A stretch of DNA of 63,310 nucleotides, the filler included, from Phoronis australis (Eukaryota; Animalia; Phoronida): NCBI GenBank assembly GCA_002633005.1. It is 4 parts of 4 records of this genome, joined end to end, with 100 filler letters (N's around TTAATTAATTAA, not from the genome) between each part and the next. Parts side by side here need not be neighbours in the genome. Positions count along the whole stretch, not along the records: positions 1 to 27,077 come from NMRA01000098.1; 3 more parts are not named here. One strand, given 5' to 3'. The stretch's first letter is position 1. Every line of letters begins with the position of its first letter. The position numbers were made by a program, and so were the translations under genes. Positions 1 through 12,210 of the stretch are shown here, piece by piece. The notes under the pieces are model-generated. The model was not told where the DNA came from, ran no database searches, and saw only the letters and a program-made list of their open reading frames with translations.

Positions 1-299
1 CCGGGCCCCCTGGGCCCCCCCCCCTAAATCCGCCTATGTACTACCACTGAATAGTGGTTGCTATTCAATGGGAGTAGCTGGTTCTCAAATTAGGGACTCA
101 TGTATTCATTACCCAATGACCTTTATATTACTGCTGCAGTTATGGTGGAGGGAATTAACATAGTTAGTCATGGTTTTGGCAGAGTACAACACGTGTTTAA
201 CCTGACAAGCCTGAGCTATCGGTTTACTGATGGGTTATGCGGTAATTCTTCACTTATTTTGCATAAAAATAGTAACCAAAGTCGTTAGTTTTCCATTTT

Positions 300-460
300 T
301 CATAGACTGAATACTTTGCTGTTAGTAATGCAAACTTTGCCAAATGTTGTTTTGTGACAACTACACAGTACAAGCCATGCTAGCAAGAAATGTGGCAAAA
401 TAGAATTTCACTTGTCTGCTGCGCTGTGTGCTAAACAAGTGAAGAATTCAATATATTGTA
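300..460 (+). repeat. Interspersed repeat family Y, copy 1 (others about 10860-11050, 14050-14240, 19860-20060, 23560-23725)
   Basis: Shared ccaaatgttgttttgtgac ... tttcacttgtc(t/g/a)gc ... atattg(t/c)g..ctaaa ... gttacc motifs. Confidence 0.65.
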
Positions 461-2344
461 TCATAAAGGGGGAGGGACTTTGAAAAGGGACCCGTGTTTT
501 TACAAGTAACTATTTCCATGACACTGATCTGAGTCTGTAACCAAAGCATGGGGCTTTCCTCATAGTGTTATTCAGGGATTGAGTCTCCTCTTCAAGGAAA
601 AGTCAGTGTCTGTCATAGAAACTTTTCAAATAGTCTCCATTTATTATAAATTACTTCCAAAGTGTGTAGCAACAGGAAACAGATCTGGATTTCTCCTAAA
701 CTAAATTAGGCAATGATTCCTCCTTAGTAACCAGACCTGGTGGTGCTGGAGTCCGTTCCGCTGACATTTCAATTCGAGTCCTGGAGTAACTTAACAATGA
801 CCGAATTCAAAATGATTAAAAATTGTGCAAGGATTTTAACAATGCATTACTATTACGAAAGAACACTAATGTCATTTCACAACTACAGTTAAATACATAG
901 GTATGTCCCAGCGTAGTATGGGGACTGCACGGTTACCAGTGACAACAACTGTGTTGGGCCTAATGATAGCATTTGTGTTACTACGCCACAGGAATTGGTT
1001 TAATTTCTCAAGGTTTTAGACTAAGAAATGATAATAGTTAATTACATTTCTGTACAGCGTTTTTGAGAACCAGCTGCATCAAACTAGATCACTAAATCTC
1101 TAAATGATTATTGCTGAAATTAATATCAAACCTTTGAGTTTATCAGAATATCTTGACCACTGATAAGCACACCACTGCAGTTACAAAATCACAACACAAA
1201 GTAAATTGTTCATGCCTTAGGCTCACCTAAATATTGCTGTTGTTATGAAAGTCCCTTTATTGTGGATATTAATGTTCATAAAATTTACTGAAAAATCTGC
1301 ACATCTGGTATTCAGAGTACTCCAATGCAGTTTTGGTGGTACTCAGGTCTGTTTTAGTATTCTAAGCTGTTTGATTTTCTACAAATCAAAATTGATGAAG
1401 CCTAGTTTATTGTTTTGTATTCAGTGTTGCGAGTTCACACAGTAAGGCATGTGAGCACTGATCAAGTACATGGCACTGGCAATGACAATTGGCCAAACAT
1501 CGCACAGTAATTGTATTGTACATTTCCATAAGTTCTGTTATTTTGGTCTTATATAGAAACTTCACTGACTGCATTTTCTACCTACCCCTATTTGCAAAAA
1601 CTAAATACCGATACTGAGTGATATAAAGAGCACCAATGGCATGATTGATTACGTAACTGATTTAAAAGTGAAAAGTCCATTGGTTTTGTTGTTTGATCCG
1701 TTTATGTCTGTCAGCAACTAAACCCAAGAACGCCACTGATGCTGTGTGCCTGTATTTTATTGATTCTATCCCATTAATTGATTTTAGCAGTAAGCTTCAA
1801 ACTCCTTGACTTTTGGTCATTCTAGACTGTTTTCAATTATAATCAATCAATGACCAATCTGTGTTGGGATATCAGGTCTAAGTACTTTGATTTTTGTGTT
1901 AAGACACAGGATATGATCTCTGGCCGCAGAAGTGACAAGGTACGTCTGATGGATTTAAAGCTTTGGCCAGAGTTTTTGTTAATAGCTAGGACACTTAATA
2001 ATTGTTCAGCCTGCCTTGTATGGACAGACTCCTGCGCCCCTATGTGAAGCTGCACCTATATCCGGACTTACGATAAAGTTTCGTCAAAGTAGAACACAGT
2101 ATGGCAAAACAATAAAATTTCATTTGATCAAATTTTTCAACAAGAGTAAACAAGAAGATAAATTACTTGATGATCATTTGAAAAATTCATATAGTACGGT
2201 TGTCATCAATAAACAGATGTTGAGATTTTGAACATTTTGGTAATATAGTGAGCATTTGAAAAATGAAAATTTTGGCCATTATTTTTGTCCCTAGGCGCAT
2301 GCACTTGTATCTGAAACACTTTAAAAGCAAGGTGGAAAGTTTTT

Positions 2345-2860
2345 GAAGTTATGTTGGACCCTAGAGAAATGTCCAAATTTAGATAATTTTGGAACTTCAT
2401 ATCTCGCGAGTGGGTTATGGGATTCATATGTAAGGTTCAGACAGTGTGTTTTATGTACTGTTTTCTGAAATGCTGTTAGAAATTGTTTTTAAAACGATTC
2501 ATTTTTTTCATGAGGGACTATCAAAATTAGTGATTTAATGAAAAAACCTTAAAGTTGCATTAAACAAAAACAAAGTGATATTTTAGAAAACTGTATTACA
2601 GTTTTGAGATCTCACGTTCAACATGATATCAATAACATTTGATCATGTAATTGATATTGGTTATTTGATATCAAATTAACGTATCTTTCCTTTAGCTAAA
2701 TTTTACTAAAAAGACATGGTCACGGGACCCAATTGTTAACAGTTTGTTAACAAGTGGATAATCAAATTCTACAGGCTTTCCGCTTTTAGAAAAGTTATAC
2801 TTTACTGAGTTAAAAAATCTGATTTCATGACTATTTGACTAAATACTCGGATTTGTCTGT
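2345..2860 (+). repeat. Interspersed repeat family X, copy 1 (other copies about 6166-6720 and 12775-13240)
   Basis: All three share gtccaaattt(g/a)g..aa.tt.gaa, tttagaaaactgta, catggtcac..gacc and atcaaatt(c/t)t in the same order. The copy at 6166 starts TTAAGG, suggesting a TTAA-targeting element. Confidence 0.75.
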
Positions 2861-3350
2861 AAGGTCGCACATAAGATAACAAGTTAAGTTTGTCATATTG
2901 ACTACAAAATGATAGAGGCTGACCTGTTTTCTACTTAACATGCTCTGTTTAAATAAAAATATCAAGAGTTGACAAAGGACACACAAGAAACACCCAGTTT
3001 TTAAACTACATCACTAATCCAGGTATTTGAACATCGTTCATGGTTGGCACAGTATTCCTTATATCTTTGTCGGTACACTGTTACACTATGTTGGCAACCT
3101 GTGCTCATAAGTTTGGATGGATGTGCCCATGTGCAAAACATATGAGCAATTAAAAAACATTATTTCATTTCGGCTATAGGCACATGGACCCATACCCTGT
3201 GGTTTCCCTTGTCATTAACACCTATCATATGGTATCATCCATCACAAAGATGCATACAGCATAATCCATCTGCTTAGTCATCAAAATACTATTTCTGTGT
3301 CGTTTTTTATGTCGTAGTGTTCCTTTCCACTTATTCATCTAAACTAGGAT

Positions 3351-3636
3351 CAGTGGTGGATCTAGGATACCATAAGGAGGGCCCAACATATTGTCTCGGG
3401 GAAGTGGGCGAAGCGCGATGGTATTTGCAGTGCAGGCCCGAAAGATGCCAGGAAGTCCACCAGGCTGGTGGACTAAAAAAAAAACACGTAAGGCCGCGAT
3501 TTGAGGTCTGAGCCCCCTTTTCTCCGCTACCGGTCCTATTTCCTCACGCTTCAAGCTGTTGCTGTTCCATTTTGCTTGCGGCAGCCAGCCAGGGGGGGGC
3601 CCCGGGTCTCCTGGGCCCCCCCTAAATCTGCCTATG
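3351..3636. mobile_element. hAT-like MITE (CAGTGGCGGAT / CATAGGCGGATTTAGGGG family)
   Basis: Imperfect TIRs CAGTGGTGGATCTAGG / CCTAAATCTGCCTATG; AGGAT on both flanks. Same-family ends at 1-38, about 11904-11940, 14652-14700 and 62476-62640. Confidence 0.75.
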
Positions 3637-5865
3637 AGGATTGTTACCAAAAGTGTCACTAAGCAGCATTATTTCAGCTATTAGTCTCAAGTAAAGCAGA
3701 CAAAATTCAGGCTTTTTAAAATGGCTAAGGTTTGAAACATGACTCTGAAATTTTCAAACAAGGCTCAGGATTTCCAAACACGGCTCAGAACTTTTCAAAC
3801 ATTATACAGCATCATGAATACTTCAGGGAGACCACTGCGTAACATGTGGATCATACGACCCCCCCCGCCCACCGATGAAATGGTGTCGGAGTCTGTTCCT
3901 TGAACCCGTCACACTGTGGTCATAAATGCTTAAATTTGGTTACGAACAATTTTGGTGTGTTATATTATAACTATTCCCTCTTCAAGTTGTGTACTTTTAA
4001 TCAAGAAATCAACAGAAAAATTAAAAAAATTCTGTGGTGTCTGTCATCAGTGGTTCTGGTCTCTGCCATTACACCAGAGGTGAGCCGTAGTGGTCTCAAA
4101 AACTGAGTTCGACTGAGTATTATGATGCAGTAATAGCAATCGGACACACAATATTTCAGTTTTTGTGTTTCCAAAAAACGAAGAAGATCGCCAAGACATG
4201 CACATGTTCGTGTATCGGACACGGGTTTGGCAGTACATGGTGGAGCCACGCTCTGCTCGACCCATTTTGAAGAATCGTGCTTCGATCCGTCGCTGAAATG
4301 GAGATTTAATGAAGGTTTCTCCAATGTGTAAGTACTTGGAGAAAAACGTATTGTGTTGTACCATTGCTGGGAATGTAGGTATCAGGCACATATTTAGTAT
4401 GAACTTCAGCATCACATTGTGACAGACAATAAATGTAAGTTTCCATCAGTCTATCTTGTTTCAAGATTTTGTGAGATTGCACGCTATCCACCTATATGTC
4501 AATGCCCAATTGCAGAAAATGGGATGTAGATGCTACGCAAATAGTTTGAGGTTACGACTGCAGCCAACACAAAGGCTAGAGTTGGATGCTAGACTGAAAC
4601 AATCGAGGAATCACAGCAGTACAAAGCTTTCATAATTTTTGAACAGATAAGACAGAAACAAATATCATTTACCTGAAATAAAAACCCAGTTAGCATCACT
4701 ATAAGTAGACATCTTTGTTCCTGACAAACACACGCGGTATTCGAGTAACTGAAATCAGTGTCTGCTATTCGCCACTGGGCTTTGACAGTAAGTGTAAAAA
4801 CTTTGGTTATATTTAGAGTTCGAGACACATATTAGTCAACACTAAAGTGGTTAGAAAATTAAATCATTGTTCCATAAAAGGCTTTAATTACCACTCTAAA
4901 AATAATCAGGTCTGTCCGCAGGTTGAGTAGGCTCTGACTCGGCTCCACTCGCTGAAGACGGCAGTGCAAGAGGGTAGCAGGCCTTTATCCAGGATTTTGG
5001 AAATAGGGTGTCCAAAATGGGATTCCCAATATTCCAGAGCGTCCATGATTCCGACGCGTAACCCCCCACCCCCAGCAATCCCCCCAAACACAAAGATATT
5101 TTTTACAAAAAATGCATAAACCAAGGTTTTTACATTTAAGTTTACAAAACAGCCTTCAGTATTGAGCATTTTTACTAAAAAAAATGTAGACCAAGACTTA
5201 CAATACTATCAACCAAGTGTGAGCATAGCAACATTCTATATACTTTGTATATACATTGTATATTTCTTCCTGCTTTGAAAAAAGAGCCTGGACTGTGAGC
5301 CTTCAGAGGCTTCCTAGTATTCATTACAATGTGTGAGTCCAAACTTGAAAGGTTCCTATTGACAGCGGGCCACCAAATGATACATTGGGCATCGTCCAGA
5401 TTAGTACTAGGGCGTCCATTTGGATGCCCAGGAGTACGCTGCATAAAAGCCTGGAGGGTAGAGTTGGTACGGCCTGAAACACGCAAAATCTGTATATATA
5501 GCAAATTCTAACTCATATATATGTATATGTATATATATTATTGTCAACCGATCAACATGGAGGGAAACCAAAAAATCATTAATTTTTCTTTAAAATTCAA
5601 AATTCCTCAATTTTTTCCCAAAATAAGTGCTTGTTTAGTTAGATTTTGTGTTATAAAATTATTATACTTGGTCTAAAACCTCAAAAAGTGCATTGGGGGT
5701 AGTAATTGCCTTTAGTCAAAAATTACTTGTCTTTTTAAGTCACTTGCTGTTATAATGTCAGGCTCATCTTGTTCCTTGCTAAGGTAAAAAGTGACAGGTA
5801 GTAATTGCTTTTGCTTCATTATGCTATTTGTCTCAGCAAGTTGGTTTCAGTAACCAAGGCAACAG

Positions 5866-6135
5866 ACCTTCGTTAAGAAGAGACTTCAGTGACGAGATTC
5901 TACCGAAAAGAACCATTTTAGTGAGAAACACAAGTGAGACTCCAGTGAGAACTTGAAGGAATACCATATACTTCACCCGGTGGTGGGAAAATAGCGGGAA
6001 TAGAACTTGAGAATTTCCTTACTGGAATCTCACTGCATTCTCACTGGAATATGAATATATTCTCACTGGAATCTCATTGCATTCCCACTGGAATATCATT
6101 ATATTCTCACTGCAGTGAGATTTCGTCTTACTAAT
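5866..6135. repeat. MITE-like element built from TCTCACTG(GAAT) subterminal repeats in both orientations
   Basis: (c)agtgaga units on the left, tctcactg units on the right; weak terminal match ttaagaagaga / tttcgtcttac. Confidence 0.55.
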
Positions 6136-7727
6136 TTGAATGGCATCTTAATTACGAAAATTCCCTTAAGGTCATGGTGGACCCCGGAAAACTGTCCAAA
6201 TTTGGCTAACTTTGGAACATATTATCTGAGGAATGTCTTGTAGAATTCATATGAACTTTTTGATTCTATGCTTTGTGTACGGTTCTCAAAAACGCTGTGA
6301 TAATTGTTTTTAAACTTTTCAAGTTTTGTATTTGGTTCTATCAGAAATAGCACTTTTACTATTTTCATGTAAAAAATTGAATCTGCAAACCAATGCCACA
6401 AACCCAAAAACTCTTAGAAAACTGTAACCGTGCTTTTGAGATTTCACCTTGGAAAAATGAGAATACAATAAAAATTTTTTTTGATACAGTTGGTTCGTTT
6501 ACAAATGTACCTTTCTTTCACCCAAATATTACTGAAAAGTCATGGTCACATAATTATGTGACCCAATTAATAACAGATTGGTTAAAAGTAAAAAAATCAA
6601 ATTCTACAGGTTTATTTTCACTCTTTACCAAAGTTAAAATTTATAGTTTTCTAGATATTTTGCTAAATGCAAAAGCTTGTCAATATAGTCTAGCATAATC
6701 TTGAGCTTTTTTTAATCTGACCATCAGGAGAATTTCTGTTTATTAACTTCTAACATTCTAAGAGCTTGATGACGTTCGTAGGAGGTGCAAGTACGTCAGA
6801 CTCTGTGAAAAAAGTTGATGTTTGTAACGCAAAAACATGGTTACTGACTACAGTTCAAAAACTAAATTATGCTTCTTCCTCTTGTTTGAGGCACAACAGT
6901 GAGTCAAACATTGCTGTCGCTGAATATTATAATTTTTTCCGATTGTCTTCTTGGAAACATTATTACTTAAAGCTCCATACATTGTGCCGATCTTTACTAC
7001 CAAAACTGAGATCATGTCATTAGCGTCCTTAGATTTTATGATATCATTGACTCCTTGGCTAAAGCTAATAAGTCAATAAAATAATAACCGTTAGAATCAA
7101 AACATAACGTCACAGGTTTTGTTAAAAAGTGCAAAAACACTTTTTGCAGACGCTTTAGCTCACACACTCTGTAAATTGGATTTCAAGAACTTCTGTGTAT
7201 TGATGATGTAACTGGTGATTCTGAAATTGTAGGACTTGTGTGAATTGTGTGACTGTAGCCTTGAGTAATCTTGACGAGGTTGATTCGTATCCTCTTGGTT
7301 CATCTTTTCACTATATGACTGTCCTCCCTGATGAGGTCCCTTTTTCCGTGGCTTAGTTAGACAGCAGGGAAGACTGTGGTGCTGTGGTTTGAGCTTCAGA
7401 CTCCCATTTGGGAGACCATGGTTCAAATCCTGGATTTACTGGCAGACATTGCACAAAGGCGTCTCCATCTCTTCTGAGCTCAGTTTTAACAGTGACTGTA
7501 AGCAAGGGAGTGAATGAAAACCTGGTTGTGATACGAAAGCGATTTCTTGGGTTGTGCTAAATAAATGGATAACAGAAGTGTTGATTTTTATTGAGCATTT
7601 GGAGTTAACATCTCCCAAACTCCAGGTCTTATGTTTCACATGTCTGTTTGTTCATGTGGTGCTGCCTGATTCCTTAATTGTTTTTGAATCCATTCATTAA
7701 GGATAAAACTGGTGAAATTTCATCTAT

Positions 7728-7818
7728 CACTAGCTATCGTCCCATTGCACTAGCTATCGTCCCGTTTGCACTAGCTATCGTCCCATTGCACTAGCTATCA
7801 TCCCATTGCACTAGCTAG
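7728..7818 (+). repeat. Minisatellite, 20-bp unit, about 4.5 copies
   Basis: (cactagctatcgtcccattg)n. Confidence 0.95.
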
Positions 7819-10800
7819 TGTTGTTGGTAAATGTGTTTGAATTTTTTATTTTGGATTGCATCCTGAAGATTTCACTCATACTCAGTCTACAGTAATTAGT
7901 TTGAATTTAAAACGAGTAATAGGACAGTACGTTGTGTTAATGTCATGAAAGAGATTATCAATGCACACAAACTTTTGAACAGCAGTACTTTTTATCCTTC
8001 ATTCCTGCTAGCAAGGCAGTACATCTTGATAGTCCACAAAATAATGTTATAGAGCAGACCCCAGAAGTTGAAATGCTGGGTTAAATCTTCATTTTTTTTC
8101 AAACTTAAAATGTCTCATTTTTGTCGCGAAATCAAAAGTACACTGAAGGGTAACTGCTTAGAGTTCAGTATGGTAGTTTTAAAATCCATGTTCACTATTT
8201 GGTTTGTGTATTAAATTTTCCTTTGTGTAACTCCTATCATCTCTTCCCAATCTTGTAGGAGAGCTATTACTGGTCACTGCAAAATTATCCAAACACATTA
8301 CTAGAACCAAAACTAGTCAAAAGATACCATTATTTATTGGTCAATCCTGAATTGAACTGTCTAATTTTTTGGGGAGGTAGAAAAATACTTTGCATGCCTG
8401 ACCTACTTTTCCAAATGACAGCACTTGATTCACTCCAGCGTTTCCACAGGGCAACAGGTGTATACCAAGTTCAGTAGCTGTGTCGCAACATGAAAAATCT
8501 TGCTAAAATCACATACTCTGATTGAAAATATGCATAGATATCCCGAGAAATTTTGTTTTTCTTTCAAAACACTCGTGTTATATTGAACTCGACTCTGCTA
8601 AGACCTTGGGTTGCTTATCGGTGATGACTTCAGGCTCATTGACCAATCAAATGTCGTGGTTGATACTGTGAAACGAGAGAAAGTGAATGAAGTATAGCCA
8701 TTGTCAGACTCTGCTTTGAGCACATCCAGCTCTGATATTTGCACTTTTTGCCAATTCCTTCATGTCAGCAGTAGAACTCAACTGCTCAAATGCAATTTTG
8801 GCCGCATTACAGTCATGATGAATTACATAATAATTACGACATTAAGAGATAGGTACTAGTGCAGTTCCATAAGAAGTAGTGCGGCGAGTGCATTATACGT
8901 GTGTTGCATTGTGGGTAAATATCTTAGAATGAGAGTGGTGCTGTGGTATTTCAGGACGGATACTAAACCCTGCTTTGATGATTTCAACCAATCCTCATTC
9001 ACCTGCCAATGCATCACTGGCGTCAATCTTAAAAGATAAAGGCAGGAGTGTACTAAAAATTCATTCTCCTTACGCCGCAAATTGGAGACTATAGTTCTTG
9101 CTGAGTGGTCTTTACCTTAACTGTTGCTGTGTTGCTAAAACTGTTGGTCTCGCATTTAGCAGACTTTGGAAACAGTTTTCAAAATTTCCTCCAAACTTTC
9201 GAGGGTTGTAGAGGGTTACAGAGCATTATTTTGTTTCACGAAATTGGATGGGAAATTGGTTTTTAATGTTCTGTTAATTGGTCAAAACCAAGTTTGGTAT
9301 CCTTTTAACATTGAGTTTGCTGCTACAACAACAGGTGTGTGTGCTGTTGGTGACGCACTTGAAACTCCTCTTTTGGTCAGAACACCTCAACATCAGCATC
9401 AGCAAAAATTATGATAATGACATCACCACCAACAAGAGCAGCAACACTAATTTGGTTATGCTGAAATTGCAATCTTCAAATCATAATTAATCAAGTTATA
9501 ACGTTGGTGAATCGTTCCATTGAAGCATTCAGTGAACTCCATTCCCATTAATGTGATCGTGTATAGTTAGGAACGCTAATTACGGTAAAACTTCTCCAAG
9601 TTGTGACATTTCCTAAAATTTTGGACACTGAAATTCAAGCTAAAATGGAATTTTCTTGATTCTTAAGATGGGACAAGGCATGCAATATTAGTAATCATCA
9701 TATTTCTCAAATATCGGACATTGCCATCTGTATTAACAAAATTGGAGAAAAAATCATTAAAAATAACTGCCAATTCAAAATTCATCTTTCTCGTCATAAT
9801 TTAAAGCCTAACTTCAACGGAATTTTGTTATTTTAGATGTATTGGGATAACCAGATAGTCCTAGCAAAGCCTTAGTAAAATAAGAAAATGCGAGTTCAAT
9901 CACGAAATGTAAGCCCTCAAATGATAGGTGAAGCTGGCTTTTCCTGCCATGTTGGACCACAATCAGATCCCAGCACAAACAACAAAAGGCCAGTGTCAGA
10001 ATAGAACATCATTGTGGGGGGTTATTTGCAACTGCTTGAAATAAAAGGTGATTCTCAATGGTGATGCAGACAAAAGCAAGAAAGTACACCAAACAGTTCT
10101 CTACATTTAACAATTTGTGGCACTAGTGGGCTCAGAACAATGTTCTTAACATATTGTAGCAACCAAATTTACTGGTGTTACCATTCAAGATAGGCTTTAA
10201 TGTGGAATGGCCAATATTGCCTATTTCTAAAATTTGGTACGAGGTTCAACCTTGAGCAAAATAGTTAATTTTTCGCTGTCCCTTAAATTGGAGAAGTTTT
10301 ACCCTACTCAAAGAAATCAATGCTGAAAATGAATGAAAACGAGATTTTTAAAGATGGCACTGCACTGGGATTGAAATGAATAAATGCTATAAAATATAGA
10401 ACAAATATTTTAGAAATAAAATATTCAAATGCCCTTATATTAAGCTCTAACGAGTACTGTTATGACTGAGTACGAAGCCATAACGAAATCATTTACCCTT
10501 ACTTGTCTCTCCCTCAGGAACAGATTTGTCAACTAATGTCCCTTGATGCGATTTGTCCAGTACTGGTAATGTCTCTTAATGACTATTGTTCTTGGTTTGA
10601 GAACACTGCAGTATTAGTCACACATTAGGTGCATGAGAACCTGATCACACACATGTGCCTTTTGTAGATGGAGGTTGTTTCATGATTGATGGCCTATTTA
10701 TTTCAATTAGGTGTTGAGCTATACTATTATGCTTTTTAATTATTCGCTTGCGGTTGTCAGTAGATGTAATAGTACGTGAAAAAATAGTATATGAAAATAA

Positions 10801-11689
10801 TATTTTTAATTCAGGTAAAAATTCTTCAATTTGGGACAAAAATAATTGCTAAAACTGCCATAGTTCTATTTTTCAGAGGCTTTACACGTTGTTGCAAATG
10901 CTCAATAGTCACCAAGTGTCGTTTGGTAATAGGTATGTCATACAAACCATGCTAAAAGCAAAGTGAACTTTCCTGAAAAATTATTTTCGTTGAAGAATTT
11001 GACAAAATGTCCACCATATTGTGGATCCCAAACTGTATAATTTTAGAAGCTGATCACGCCGTTCTATACTTTGGCCAGGTTTTCTAGAAGTTAGAATGGC
11101 CTTGCTATTTAAAGTAAACACTTTAAAATTGCAAAGTCTTTATTTTATCAAAGAGTTAAATTTAGTTGATCAATTACTGAATCATCTGTTGTTATAGAAC
11201 ATTGCCTGTCACTAAAGATGTGTATAAAAGCAAACGTCACCTTTCATTACTTACTTAAGTATCTTCCATTTAATCTCTCTGTCTTTTACTAGAAGTTCCA
11301 TTGGTCTCGGAACATTTCCCTCATCTAGCAATTTGTCTCATTACGAACCAATTTGCCAGAGTGGTATTATTATGTCCTAACAAAGTTTCCATTATTTTAT
11401 CAACATTTTCTATTCAGTCCAGCAGACAAATCTCATTCTTAATAGCAGAATTTACATGTGAAATTTTTTCCTCTATTTCTTTGCTATTTTACTCTTACTT
11501 TTCAACGGCAATCTGTGACTGTTTACATCATGATTTTAGAAGCTAATTCTCCGGTATTTTACACCGCGCCCTCTTTTAGCTTGTAAAGGGTTTTTGTTGC
11601 TCTCGTTTGTGTGGAGATTACAATCTCCCTCTGGCCACTTACTTGTTTTGTGCTCCAAGGCAAACGGCGCAAAGCAATGTCAACAAGTG

Positions 11690-12210
11690 CCATGCGTTTG
11701 GTGAGCCATGTTTAGTATATGCTTGTGCCCGGTGACTTATTTCAGCAATCACATTTTTCAGAAAATGCCGAGTAAAGTCAGCTGTTTTTAGCGGGTACCC
11801 TTGCCAAATGATGTCGTAAAGAGGTAGGAACCGATTGTTTAACTTGCGAGATCCATGCAACAGGTGTAAATACGTCGCATGGTTATCGCCTATGGGATGC
11901 TACCAGTGGCGGATTTAGGGGGGGGCATGGCCCCCCTAAAATTCTACCAGCTACCATTTGGCAGTTCGGGGCTGTGAATTGGTGACTAGCATACGTGCGT
12001 ACCCAGGGGGCTCGGGGGGCGAATGCCCAATGCATAGGTCTTGAACAAACCCTGTTTACATGGATATCGTACCTTAGGCGCAGTCATCAGCCAGTTACCG
12101 ATAAATGCTTTGACCATTAACTTTATTATAAGCAAGAGAAAACAATGTGAATAATGAATGCGCCTATCAACCGATATCTATGCAACGAGCTTGCGACCTA
12201 GTTTGCCATG
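11690..12210 (+). repeat. Interspersed repeat also present at about 42090-42340; this copy is interrupted by MITE fragments
   Basis: ccaaatgatgtcgta...taacttgc(g/a)agatccatgc and accttaggcgc...gttaccga/ca..aaatgctt are shared. 11885-12060 has no counterpart in the 42-kb copy. Confidence 0.75.

Noticed and set aside
5850-5863. X-box-like GTAACCAAGGCAAC
   Set aside because: Isolated intronic motif next to a repeat, with no nearby exon or promoter evidence.
7728-7818. Regular 20-bp repeats resembling a CRISPR array
   Set aside because: No unique spacers, no cas genes, eukaryotic context; a simple minisatellite.
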